A stretch of DNA of 34,848 nt from a bacterium (GTDB lineage: Bacteria; SZUA-182; DTGQ01). The stretch spans positions 1 to 34,848 of the forward strand of contig JBFMGO010000058.1 in NCBI GenBank assembly GCA_040752695.1, written 5' to 3'. Of this stretch, positions 1 through 9,240 are shown in pieces; within the stretch, counting starts at the first letter, position 1, and each line of letters opens with the position of its first letter. A program made the translations under genes and the position numbers. A model generated the notes under the pieces. The model saw only the letters and a program-made list of their open reading frames with translations. It ran no database searches and was not told where the DNA came from.

Positions 1-837
1 CAAATTCTCTCTAACACACTAGGCGATATATTCATAGAAAATGGAGGCGAAATAATTCTTTCAAAAAAAGTCAGTAAGATAAAAATTAAATATAATACGG
101 CAACAGGTGTCATATTAGAAGATAAGACATTTTATAAATCGCATTTTGTGGTATCTAATATTGATGCTTCCCAAACCTATCGCGAATTGATTGATGTAAA
201 ATACAATACTACTTATTTTATGGGAAAGTTAAATAAATTAATCTCCTCTTATCCCGTCGCAGGAGTATTTCTCGGGCTCAACAAAAGACTCGGTCGAGAA
301 TTTAAGGATAGTCACAATATCTGGTACAGCAATAGTTATGAGATTGATTATGCTTATAGATTTTTAGAAGAAAAGAAGATCAATATTGAAAAAAGTTTTT
401 TATTATTAACCATTCCTTCTTTTATTGACCGAAGCCTGGTTCAAAATGATGATTATGAAGTCGTTAAGATAGAAATATATATGCCCCTACTGGGTATGAA
501 TTATTGGAATAATGATAATAAATTATATATATTAGAAAAAGTTATCAAAAAGGTAGAAGAACTTATACCCAACATCGATAACTGTATATTGTTAAAAGAC
601 ATAGCTACACCTCACAGCTTTTATAAATATACTTTGAATAGCTATGGTGCATCTCGCGGCTGGGCGTGTAATCAGTCTCAAATAAGCAGTAACATTATCC
701 CCTCTAAATCTCATATTGAATCACTTTTTCTTTGCGGTCATTGGACTACATCAGGATTTGGTCAAGGTGGTATTGGCATGGTAGCGTATTCTGGAAAAAA
801 TGTTGCTTATATCATAAAAAATAGAATAAAAAAATAA
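1..837 (+). CDS. Phytoene desaturase-family FAD/NAD(P)-dependent oxidoreductase (5' truncated by the window edge)
   Basis: Frame is open from base 1 (QILSNTLGDIFIENGGEIILSKKVSKI...GVILED...VVSNIDA). C-terminal ATP..F.KYT.N..GA..GW and LFLCGHWT..G.G.GGI motifs are typical of CrtI/phytoene dehydrogenase-like proteins. AT-rich. Confidence 0.8.
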   Translation, partial: QILSNTLGDIFIENGGEIILSKKVSKIKIKYNTATGVILEDKTFYKSHFVVSNIDASQTYRELIDVKYNTTYFMGKLNKLISSYPVAGVFLGLNKRLGREFKDSHNIWYSNSYEIDYAYRFLEEKKINIEKSFLLLTIPSFIDRSLVQNDDYEVVKIEIYMPLLGMNYWNNDNKLYILEKVIKKVEELIPNIDNCILLKDIATPHSFYKYTLNSYGASRGWACNQSQISSNIIPSKSHIESLFLCGHWTTSGFGQGGIGMVAYSGKNVAYIIKNRIKK

Positions 838-873
838 TATTAATTTCTGAAGTTATCATCTCTTATAAAAATT

Positions 874-3800
874 ATGATACTAGGATATCTTAATCTATTT
901 GGCGCACTTCTAACAGCCATATTAGCAGTAATTGTATTTATTTATGGAAGAAAAAATCATACTAATTTATCCTTTTTTACGTTTTGCTTAACGGTTTTTA
1001 TTTGGCTTTTATTTTTTGCCCTTGGACACATCGCGCATGATCCAACGATAAAATTACTCCTTTTTAAAATAGGGGTGATAGGTGTTCTTTTAATTGCTCC
1101 CTCCCTATACCATTTTATCATTACATTTTCAAACTATAAAAAATGGTATAAATCAATACCCATCGTTTACTCTATTGCGGCTATTTTTATATTTCTTTTA
1201 TTTTCCTCACAGCTTGTCTATAAGAACAGACTCTTAAAATATTTTTGGGGCTATTACCCCATGGCGTCTGTTTTACATCCACTATACATGATTTATCTTA
1301 TAACTCTTGTTGTGCTTTTTTTGTATGCTTTAATAGTATCTATAAAAAATAATAATATATCGTATATAGAATATAATAAAATTAAATATATTTTTATCGG
1401 TGCTATTATTTTTACGAATGCCGCTATAGACTTTATTCCTCTTTATGAAGTTGATATACCTCCTATTGGTTTTATCTTTGTAATAGGCTTTATTTTTATT
1501 ACTGCGTACGCCATTATCAAACATCAACTTCTGGATATCACTATCGTTATTACTCGTGCCACTATCTTCGCTGTTGTCTATGGTTTCACCTTTGGCCTGC
1601 CAATCTTATTATATTCTTTGCTTAAGCAATATATTTTTGTTTTATACTTTTCTTATCCGTGGCTAATCCCTACTACCTTAACTGGATATGCGGCATTAGT
1701 TATGATCACCCCGTTTATATACTTTAGACTAGAACGAAAGACATACTATGCCATATTTGGTGATTATATAAGCCAGTTGCAGATACTCAACGAGACGGGA
1801 AGAGAGCTTATAGAAAAAGGTTTTGAAAATGCTATAGAATTGGCTCGGCTAATACCAAACCATATCATAAATTTTTATGAGAAAACTATGCAACAAAAAG
1901 TGACAAATGCCTTTTATTTACTTCAGGACAACACGGGGTTTTCTTTGTACCGAGGAGAAATGAAATCTGGAAAGCATATTGATGGCAAGAAAATTAGTCG
2001 TGAAAACCCCTTGGTGAAGTGGTTTTTAAATACCCAAGATCATTTGTTCCAGGAGAAGGTCATAAAGAATAAGGATGGTAATACCTTATTAAAGAAAGAA
2101 GATATCGAATTTTGGCTGCATTCGGTTTCGGAAAATCAAAAATTAAACTATATACGAGATGAACTCATGGAACTTCGGGATGAAATAAGGCGTCTTGATG
2201 CTATTATTTTTTTCCCGAGCTACTATAAGGATGAGCTTATGGGAATACTGGCCCTGGGCGAAAAGCAAAACGGTTTTTTTCGACCGGAGGAGCTTTTGTC
2301 TTTGCAGAGGCTCGCCGAAAATGCAGCTATGGTGTTCAAAGGCTCACAATTAACTGCCTCGGTCATAGAGGCGGAAAATATCAAAAAGCTTGAAAAGGCC
2401 AAATCGGAATTTTTTGCCAATGTCAGCCATGAACTTCGCACGCCGCTTACCAATATTATCCTGCCTATCCAGAATGTCCTGGAGAAGATCGGGCACAAAA
2501 TATCACCGGAGAACAGGGAGGAGAAGGAGTCTATACTGCGGAATGCCCAGAGGCTGCTCAAGCGCATTAATGAGATATTGGACGTATCGAAGCTCGAATC
2601 CGGCAAAATGGAACTTAAGGCAAACGTAAGGGATGTCAATAGCATCCTGGAGGATATCGTGGCTGCTTCTTCAATTGGAGCCAAAGAAAGGGGCATTGAT
2701 CTGCTCTTTAAGCCGGATCATAGCATATCGAAGGTTTACGTAGATACGGAAAAAATAGAGAAGGTTTTTTCAAATCTGGTCAGCAATGCCTTGAAATTTA
2801 CTAATCCAAAAGGGAAAGTAGAGATCCTGACCAGGGAGGGAGCAGATCACATAGAGGTAATGGTAAGCGACACAGGGATTGGCATTGCCCAGGCAGACCT
2901 TCTTTTTATCTTTGAGAGATTTCGTCAACTGGACGGCTCAAGTTCAAGGAAGTATGAAGGAACAGGGATTGGCCTTTCTTTAGCCAAGGAACTGGTTGAA
3001 ATGCATCATGGATCTATCGAGGTAACAAGTGAGTTGAATAAGGGGTCCATCTTTACGGTTCGGCTATTGAAGGGACGCGGTCATTTGCAAAAAGGAGAAA
3101 TCCGGGAAGATCCGGAAAAACCCCGGGCAGGTGACGGACTTGCGGAACTCAATGTCGCGGATCGCCGGAAGGGCGAGCGGAGGGAGGGGGACCGGCGGAA
3201 AATGAATGCAGTGGACAGGGTATCTATTGACCTGCTGCAACTCCAATTCTCTGATATGCCGCAGCCGCACGGCCGGCTCTATTCTCAATCTGCTCATGGA
3301 GGAACAGTTGGGGAAGTTGATGGCCCTTTTGGGTATGATACCCCTTTTGGGTATGATGGCCTTAATGGATCTGATGGATCTGATGGCCCTGGCGGGCTTT
3401 CAGTATCCGATGGTGCAGCCGATGGGAAAGAGACTGTCAAAGAGATTGTTAATGAGACTACCGCTGAGACTATCAGTGAGACTATCCTGGTAGTCGATGA
3501 TAACACAGATCTGGCCGCCAATATTGCCCATTGTTTTACCCAAGGATACCAGGTACTTATTGCCTATAATGGAAAGCAGGCGCTGGATATAATCGTCAGG
3601 AAGCTGCCATCTCTTGTTATTTCGGATGTTATGATGCCTGAGATGGATGGTTATGAGCTATGTGAAAGAATTAAATCCTGCGAAAAGACGCAGCATATTC
3701 CGGTTATCCTGCTGACTGCCAAGGCGGCTGTTGAAGACAGGATAGCGGGCCTTCAGTTCGGTGCTGACGATTATCTTGCCAAACCGTTTAATGCCAAAGA

Positions 3801-4650
3801 ATTAATGGCCGTAGTCGATTCCCTGCTAACAAAAAAGAAACTTCAGGCTCAATTAAGCAAGACTAATCAGGAATTGAAAAAAGCCTTGCACGAACTGAAA
3901 GAAACAGAGGCTGAGTTAGTGCATACCGCGAAATTAGCTTCGGTTGGGCAATTAGCAGCCGGTGTAGCGCACGAGATTCATAATCCGGCCTCGGCCATAG
4001 ATAATTGCTTTCAAATTATAACCAAAAAGGTAGAAAAGGCTAAAAGCAGCGGAGCAACCTTTGACGAAGTATACCCTGATTTAGCCAAGCCCCTCGCTCT
4101 GGGAAAGGCATCTTTAAGCAGGATACAATATATCGTGGATTCCCTGCTGGGATTTTCCCGTAAAAACAGAGAGGGATTTAACTATGTGGATATTCACACC
4201 GGAATCGATAACACTCTCTCCCTTCTTGAGCATCAATGCAAGGGAATGATTCAAATCCATAAGGAATTTGGACAGATTGAAAAAGTAGAGGTTGATCTGC
4301 AGCAAATTAATCAGGTGTTCATGAATCTTCTCTCCAATGCGATTCATGCTATCGAAACCAAAAGGGGAAAAGGGGAAGATTGCGGCAATATCTGGATAAG
4401 CACTGGCATCAGCGGCGAAAACGTGATTGTTAAGATCAAAGATGATGGCATCGGGATCTCAAAGGACAATCTTGTTAAAATTTTTGATCCTTTTTTTACC
4501 ACCAAAGAGTTGGGAAAAGGTACTGGCCTGGGGCTCAATATCAGTTATCGGATTATGAAGAACCATAATGGCAGTATCGAAGTGGAGAGTAAGGAAAACG
4601 AGGGGACTGCCTTTGTCCTCAAAATTCCCAGGAAGGCGGTACATTGTTAG
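874..4650 (+). CDS. Membrane hybrid sensor kinase: N-terminal 7TM-type sensor, GAF-like region, HisKA-HATPase, REC, second HisKA-HATPase
   Basis: Multiple hydrophobic helices in the first ~280 aa. H-box FANVSHELRTPL with N/G boxes (NLVSNALKF, DTGIGI, GTGIGL). REC domain (ILVVDD, SDVMMP, KPF). Second H-box GVAHEIHNP with DDGIGI, FDPFFTTK, GTGLGL. Confidence 0.92.
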   Translation: MILGYLNLFGALLTAILAVIVFIYGRKNHTNLSFFTFCLTVFIWLLFFALGHIAHDPTIKLLLFKIGVIGVLLIAPSLYHFIITFSNYKKWYKSIPIVYSIAAIFIFLLFSSQLVYKNRLLKYFWGYYPMASVLHPLYMIYLITLVVLFLYALIVSIKNNNISYIEYNKIKYIFIGAIIFTNAAIDFIPLYEVDIPPIGFIFVIGFIFITAYAIIKHQLLDITIVITRATIFAVVYGFTFGLPILLYSLLKQYIFVLYFSYPWLIPTTLTGYAALVMITPFIYFRLERKTYYAIFGDYISQLQILNETGRELIEKGFENAIELARLIPNHIINFYEKTMQQKVTNAFYLLQDNTGFSLYRGEMKSGKHIDGKKISRENPLVKWFLNTQDHLFQEKVIKNKDGNTLLKKEDIEFWLHSVSENQKLNYIRDELMELRDEIRRLDAIIFFPSYYKDELMGILALGEKQNGFFRPEELLSLQRLAENAAMVFKGSQLTASVIEAENIKKLEKAKSEFFANVSHELRTPLTNIILPIQNVLEKIGHKISPENREEKESILRNAQRLLKRINEILDVSKLESGKMELKANVRDVNSILEDIVAASSIGAKERGIDLLFKPDHSISKVYVDTEKIEKVFSNLVSNALKFTNPKGKVEILTREGADHIEVMVSDTGIGIAQADLLFIFERFRQLDGSSSRKYEGTGIGLSLAKELVEMHHGSIEVTSELNKGSIFTVRLLKGRGHLQKGEIREDPEKPRAGDGLAELNVADRRKGERREGDRRKMNAVDRVSIDLLQLQFSDMPQPHGRLYSQSAHGGTVGEVDGPFGYDTPFGYDGLNGSDGSDGPGGLSVSDGAADGKETVKEIVNETTAETISETILVVDDNTDLAANIAHCFTQGYQVLIAYNGKQALDIIVRKLPSLVISDVMMPEMDGYELCERIKSCEKTQHIPVILLTAKAAVEDRIAGLQFGADDYLAKPFNAKELMAVVDSLLTKKKLQAQLSKTNQELKKALHELKETEAELVHTAKLASVGQLAAGVAHEIHNPASAIDNCFQIITKKVEKAKSSGATFDEVYPDLAKPLALGKASLSRIQYIVDSLLGFSRKNREGFNYVDIHTGIDNTLSLLEHQCKGMIQIHKEFGQIEKVEVDLQQINQVFMNLLSNAIHAIETKRGKGEDCGNIWISTGISGENVIVKIKDDGIGISKDNLVKIFDPFFTTKELGKGTGLGLNISYRIMKNHNGSIEVESKENEGTAFVLKIPRKAVHC

Positions 4651-4702
4651 AGCGATAGAGGGAAAAGTAATAGAGAGTGATAGAGAGAAAAAGTAATAGA
4701 GA
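4651..4702. repeat. Two imperfect ~25-bp purine-rich direct repeats
   Basis: agcgatagagggaaaagtaatagag followed by agtgatagagagaaaaagtaatagag, directly after the kinase stop. Confidence 0.6.
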
Positions 4703-4818
4703 GAAAGTGCCGTCGGTGTCGGGTGACAATTCTGCCATGACTTGCCGCGCCGGCACCTTCCTCTGTGGAGATAACGCTGTGGTATGTATTTCATCAATTG
4801 GGGCTTGACGACGGGGCA

Positions 4819-7506
4819 CTAGATGAACAGGTTCATGTTCGACTGGTCTGCTTCGCTCAGATATTGAGCTACTCCGCCAATCTCGACACCGTCGATCAGT
4901 TCCTCTTTCTTGATGCCCATGACATCCATCGACATTGAGCAGGCAACGAATTTGATGCCCGACTCCTGGGCAGCCCTTATCAACTGTGACAGAGAGCTGA
5001 CATTTTTTTCTCTCATGACCTGTTTCATCATTCCCGTGCCGAGGCCGAACATATTCAGTTTCGACAGCTTTAAGCGGGCGGCCCCTTTTGGCATCATCAT
5101 CCCGAACATTTGATCTATGAGGGGCTTTTGCTGCTCAGCAGCAGGCTGCTCTTTGCGCAAGATATTGAGTCCCCAGAAAGTAAAAAACAGGGTCACTTCG
5201 CTTCCCATTGCTCTGGCACCGTTAGCGATAATGAAGGTTGCCAGCGCTCTGTCCAGATCGTTTGAAAAAACGACAATTGTCTTTTTTTTCTCCCGCATCC
5301 CGTTCTCTTTATCCCCGTTGCCCTGGCTTTTGCTTTCCATCCGCTCTTCTTTGTCCTTCCCATTGGCCGATTTTTCGATCAGGGCCAGAAAATCTTTGCC
5401 CTTCCATTGGGCGCTCAGGACCTTATGGCCGGTGGTCCTGCAATAGGCAGGCAGATCCTTTTCAAATCCGGGATCTGAAGCATTAGCCAGCACTTTATCA
5501 CCTGCTTTCATGGTTTCCAGTTTTTTGGCTAACCGCATGATAGGCCCCGGGCATTGAAGGCCGGTCAGATCCAGCACTTCACATCCGCTGGCGAGGTTTG
5601 AGATATCGCCCACCGAGGAGCCCCCGCTCGAATCAGAGGATGCACAGGGCGGGCAGCAGCAGGCCGCCGAAGAGGCGGCGGCAGCAGACACCGAAGAAGG
5701 GGATGGGGCGCAAGCGGATAAAGCCGCAGATGGTGCAAAAGAAGCCGATGGTGCGCAAGAAGCGGATAAAGGTACCCATGATGCTGCCGTACCCGTGGCA
5801 TGATGTCCGTCGCCGTCCCCTTGAGCAAGAGGAGGAGGACCTTGGCAGTAGTCGGGATTGGGCGCAATCCTGGCTGTATAATGGCCATAGGATTTGTAGC
5901 CTCCCGACAGATTGTACAGCCGATCGAAGCCTGACTGCTTCAGGATCCGGTAGGCCACATAGGCGCGGATGCCGACCTGGCAGGTGACGACAATATGGCG
6001 GTCCTTTGGCAATTCCTGGATTCTTTTGCGCAACTCGTCAACAGGGATATTGACGGCCTTGGGGATACTCCCCAGGCTGAATTCCTGGCTGGTGCGCACA
6101 TCGAGAAAGAGAGGGTTTTCAATCTCTCCGATCCGGTCACAGGTCACTACCTTTACTAATCCTTTCAGGACGTTGCTTCCGACAAAACCCGCCATATTGA
6201 CTGGATCTTTGGCAGAGCCAAAAGGGGGGGCATACGACAGCTCCAGTTGCTCTAAATCATAAACGGTCATCCCTGCGTGGATAGCGGTAGCAATAACATC
6301 GATTCTTTTATCGACTCCGTCGGCACCGATGCACTGGCTGCCGAGGACCCTGCCTCCCGGCACTTCAAAGAGGATTTTGAGAGTCATCTGCGAGGCACCG
6401 GGATAGTATCCTGCATGGTTAAAGGGGTGCAGATGAATTGCCTGATAATTGATATTGTTTTTCCTGGCGGTTTTTTCATTCAGGCCGACGGACGCAGCCT
6501 GTAAATCGAAAACTTTCAGGATCGAAGTCCCCAGCGTTTTGGTGTAGCGGGAACTGATGCCGCAAATATTATCCGCAGCAATACGTCCCTGTTTATTGGC
6601 GGGACCGGCCAGAGGAACAAATACCGGCTTTCCTCCCAGAAAATGGGGGGTTTCCACCGCATCACCAAGAGCGAAGATATGCGGATCACTGGTCCTCATC
6701 GCCTCATCGACGGCAATTGCGCCGGTGGGTCCGATCCGAAGACCAGCATTTTTGGCTAATTGAGCATCCGGCCGGACACCAATGGCAGCGATCACCAAAT
6801 CGGCGTTCAGTTCGGTGCCGGAATTCAGAATCACCTTTCCTTTGGTATCGCCGACAATTTTCTGTACGCCATCGGCCAGGTGGAGGCAAATGCCTTTGTC
6901 AACGAGCCGTGCGTGAATGATATTGGCCATTTCGAAATCAAAAGGGGCCATCACCTGGTCCATCATCTCGACAAGGTGAGTTTTAATTCCCCGTTCGATC
7001 AGATTCTCGGCCATCTCGACCCCGATAAACCCGCCGCCGATTATCACCGCTTCCCTTACCGTGTGGTTTTTAATATGGGCGATAATGGCGTCCATGTCTG
7101 GAATGTCGCGAAGACGCATGAACATCCTGGCCTCGCTCCCTTCCATCGGCGGCACAAAAGGATATGCTCCCGGCGAAAGGATCAGGTAGTCGTAGAGCTC
7201 GTGATATTCTTCCCCTGTTTTTACATTTTTGACATGAACCTTCTTTTGGCGGGGATTGATGGCCAGAACTTCGTTCTTAATCCTGACCTCGACCTGAAAG
7301 CGGGACAAAAAACTTTCAGGTGTTTGCAGGAGCAACCGGCTGCGCTCCTTAATCTTGCCGGAAATATGATAGGGGAGCCCGCAATTGGCAAAAGAGATGT
7401 AATCGCCCCTCTCGAAGATGATGATCCGGGCCTTTTCATCCAGCCGCCTTAACCGGGCAGCAGCCGAGGCACCTCCGGCAACTCCTCCAATGATACAAAT
7501 TTTCAT
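4819..7506 (-). CDS. CoA-disulfide/persulfide reductase fused to rhodanese, TusA and DsrE2-like domains
   Basis: IIGGVAGGASAAARLRR and SFANCGLP (CoADR redox Cys), GGGFIG NAD site, SYAPPF. Rhodanese LDVR...TCQVGIRA. TusA LDLTGLQCPGP. DsrE-like FFTFWGL...ACSMSMDVMG. Confidence 0.92.
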   Translation of the reverse strand: MKICIIGGVAGGASAAARLRRLDEKARIIIFERGDYISFANCGLPYHISGKIKERSRLLLQTPESFLSRFQVEVRIKNEVLAINPRQKKVHVKNVKTGEEYHELYDYLILSPGAYPFVPPMEGSEARMFMRLRDIPDMDAIIAHIKNHTVREAVIIGGGFIGVEMAENLIERGIKTHLVEMMDQVMAPFDFEMANIIHARLVDKGICLHLADGVQKIVGDTKGKVILNSGTELNADLVIAAIGVRPDAQLAKNAGLRIGPTGAIAVDEAMRTSDPHIFALGDAVETPHFLGGKPVFVPLAGPANKQGRIAADNICGISSRYTKTLGTSILKVFDLQAASVGLNEKTARKNNINYQAIHLHPFNHAGYYPGASQMTLKILFEVPGGRVLGSQCIGADGVDKRIDVIATAIHAGMTVYDLEQLELSYAPPFGSAKDPVNMAGFVGSNVLKGLVKVVTCDRIGEIENPLFLDVRTSQEFSLGSIPKAVNIPVDELRKRIQELPKDRHIVVTCQVGIRAYVAYRILKQSGFDRLYNLSGGYKSYGHYTARIAPNPDYCQGPPPLAQGDGDGHHATGTAASWVPLSASCAPSASFAPSAALSACAPSPSSVSAAAASSAACCCPPCASSDSSGGSSVGDISNLASGCEVLDLTGLQCPGPIMRLAKKLETMKAGDKVLANASDPGFEKDLPAYCRTTGHKVLSAQWKGKDFLALIEKSANGKDKEERMESKSQGNGDKENGMREKKKTIVVFSNDLDRALATFIIANGARAMGSEVTLFFTFWGLNILRKEQPAAEQQKPLIDQMFGMMMPKGAARLKLSKLNMFGLGTGMMKQVMREKNVSSLSQLIRAAQESGIKFVACSMSMDVMGIKKEELIDGVEIGGVAQYLSEADQSNMNLFI

Positions 7507-7553
7507 TTTTTATTCCTTGAAATGATGTTGTAGGGTAAACTTCCAAAAAAAGC

Positions 7554-8618
7554 TTATGCCCTGCCGGATCTCACCACTCCTGTTTCCAAAAAGGTTTCAA
7601 ACTGAGCTTTAACCTGTGGATCCTTTTCGCATTTCTGTAAAACATTCCTCTGTTCTCTCACCTGCTTATCCGAGAGTTGGAAAACAGAGGAAAGACCATA
7701 CTTTTGATAGATATAGCGCTCATACTGCTCCACGGGAACCTTGAGCTTAAGTTCGGAGAATTTGGTGATAAGCACTTGAGGTGACAATGAATTGCCGCTG
7801 TCAGACCGGGAATTGACCATCGATGAGTTTTCTTTTATGGACTTTTCATGCTGCTGGAAGAACTCGGCATCTGTGCGCATGGCGTCAGTCTCGTCATGGT
7901 GTCTGACAACTTCATCATGGTGACTTTCCTGTGACTCGCAGTCGCTGTTTTCTATTAAGGGCCGAAAGGTTTCAAAGCTGGGATTATCGATCCTGGTGCC
8001 CCGGTCAAAATGCCCGGTCCGGTCCTTCTCAAAAACAGCTACTCTCTTTGTTTCCTCCATCTCCAGCCGGAAACAGATGTCAGGAGCATAGGGAGTAGAC
8101 TTTTCAGCCTCCATCTTGACTCCGATTTTGACAATTTCTCCTCCCCTGACCTTGTACTCGTCCTTGAGCCTCCCTATCATAATCACGTGCATCGGCAGAT
8201 TAACCAGCTTGGTCATGAGCAGAGAGTAAAACCGCTTGATCTGCATCCAATCGACATAGGTGAACCCCGATTTTTCTTCACCCGATACGGCTTTATCCGG
8301 GTCCTGGGTTTTAAACTCAAGCCTTCCCTCCTGGAGCGCGGACCAGATGACCGTGATTGGATCGATGATCAGTGTCTTGAAGTCATGATCGCCCTGCTCC
8401 AGAAAATTGACAGCATTGAGAACTTCAGCATAGCTTTTCGTGTCAAGGACATGAAATTGAAACCGGTCCGCATAAAAGTCGGTACCGCCCTCAAGATCAA
8501 TAACCGCAGGGGCAGGAAAGCCGAGCGCAAAAAAGGTTTTTCCTACTCCCGGTGTACCGTATAAGCTGATCTTTAAGTGTTTCTTCTTTGCGGATGCTTT
8601 TATGAATGGGTTTTTCAT
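7554..8618 (-). CDS. Phage-type P-loop ATPase (AAA_24 / Sak4-like recombination-associated family)
   Basis: Walker A YGTPGVGKT, IDLEGG, Walker B-like LIIDPIT, and KDRTG motif. Start placed at 8618 (MKNPF) because AAGGA precedes it; the ORF track starts at 8654. Confidence 0.75.
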   Translation of the reverse strand: MKNPFIKASAKKKHLKISLYGTPGVGKTFFALGFPAPAVIDLEGGTDFYADRFQFHVLDTKSYAEVLNAVNFLEQGDHDFKTLIIDPITVIWSALQEGRLEFKTQDPDKAVSGEEKSGFTYVDWMQIKRFYSLLMTKLVNLPMHVIMIGRLKDEYKVRGGEIVKIGVKMEAEKSTPYAPDICFRLEMEETKRVAVFEKDRTGHFDRGTRIDNPSFETFRPLIENSDCESQESHHDEVVRHHDETDAMRTDAEFFQQHEKSIKENSSMVNSRSDSGNSLSPQVLITKFSELKLKVPVEQYERYIYQKYGLSSVFQLSDKQVREQRNVLQKCEKDPQVKAQFETFLETGVVRSGRA

Positions 8619-8685
8619 TTTGTTCCTTAATTCAGTATCAAAAAATTTAAACATATTTTACTCTAAGTATTTGATTTAGAAATAA

Positions 8686-8714
8686 ATTATATCAAACAAT
8701 AAGTAACCTTACAA
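8686..8714 (-). promoter_or_regulatory. sigma70 promoter for the AAA ATPase gene
   Basis: Minus strand TTGTAA-17 bp-TATAAT with an extended TG. Confidence 0.6.
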
Positions 8715-8998
8715 GCAGAAAATAGCTGCTGCAGAAATAAGAAACCTTTGTTCATCCATATTCCAAACGAATGTGAGAAATCTATGGAATGATTGCTAAC
8801 GGATTCACCTGGGAACCGGTTTACATGGAGATTGGATGTGGCGGATTCGGAAAAGTAACTGCAAAGGTTGACATTCGTCTATGGATAGAGATGCTGAATG
8901 GTAAATAAAGAATTTTATAACCTAAATCAAAATATTAAATATATATAGAAATTATTTTTTTGTTTGCATTCAAAAATGATTCATGAGATAGTCACCTA

Positions 8999-9037
8999 TG
9001 TGAATATCCTTTCATAAAGACTGCAACCTATTTCACA
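8999..9037. promoter_or_regulatory. Putative enhancer (UAS) for a sigma54 activator
   Basis: TGTGAA-tatcct-TTCATA (8999-9016), one mismatch to the palindromes at 24431/24451. A weaker second site ends in TTCACA (9020-9037). Confidence 0.5.
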
Positions 9038-9176
9038 GAGGGTGGTCATTTTATTATTATCTTTCAGAGAAAGTAGAGGTCATATTATTTTTTATTCGAT
9101 GTAGTGTAAAGAATTAACTTAAAGATAAGATAAATAAAACAGATGGTTTTTCACCTGTTAAGTTGAACTGTAAAAT

Positions 9177-9192
9177 TGGTATGCTGATTGCA
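9177..9192 (+). promoter_or_regulatory. sigma54 (-24/-12) promoter
   Basis: TGGTAT-gctga-TTGCA matches TGGCAC-N5-TTGCW with exact spacing, about 50 bp before an RBS-led ATG. Confidence 0.65.
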
Positions 9193-9240
9193 TAATATAA
9201 AGGTGATGAGATAGTAAAAATAGGAAAGGAGAGAAACCCA

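Noticed and set aside
4698..4764. Intrinsic terminator between the convergent kinase and reductase genes (gtgccg...cggcac)
   Set aside because: Long, imperfect stem with a large interior region and no convincing U-tract on the + strand.
6760..7452. Long antisense or alternate-frame ORFs (also 11696-12406, 14762-15472, 23119-23763, 30077-30748, 31954-32622)
   Set aside because: All lie opposite well-conserved genes and show no recognisable motifs.
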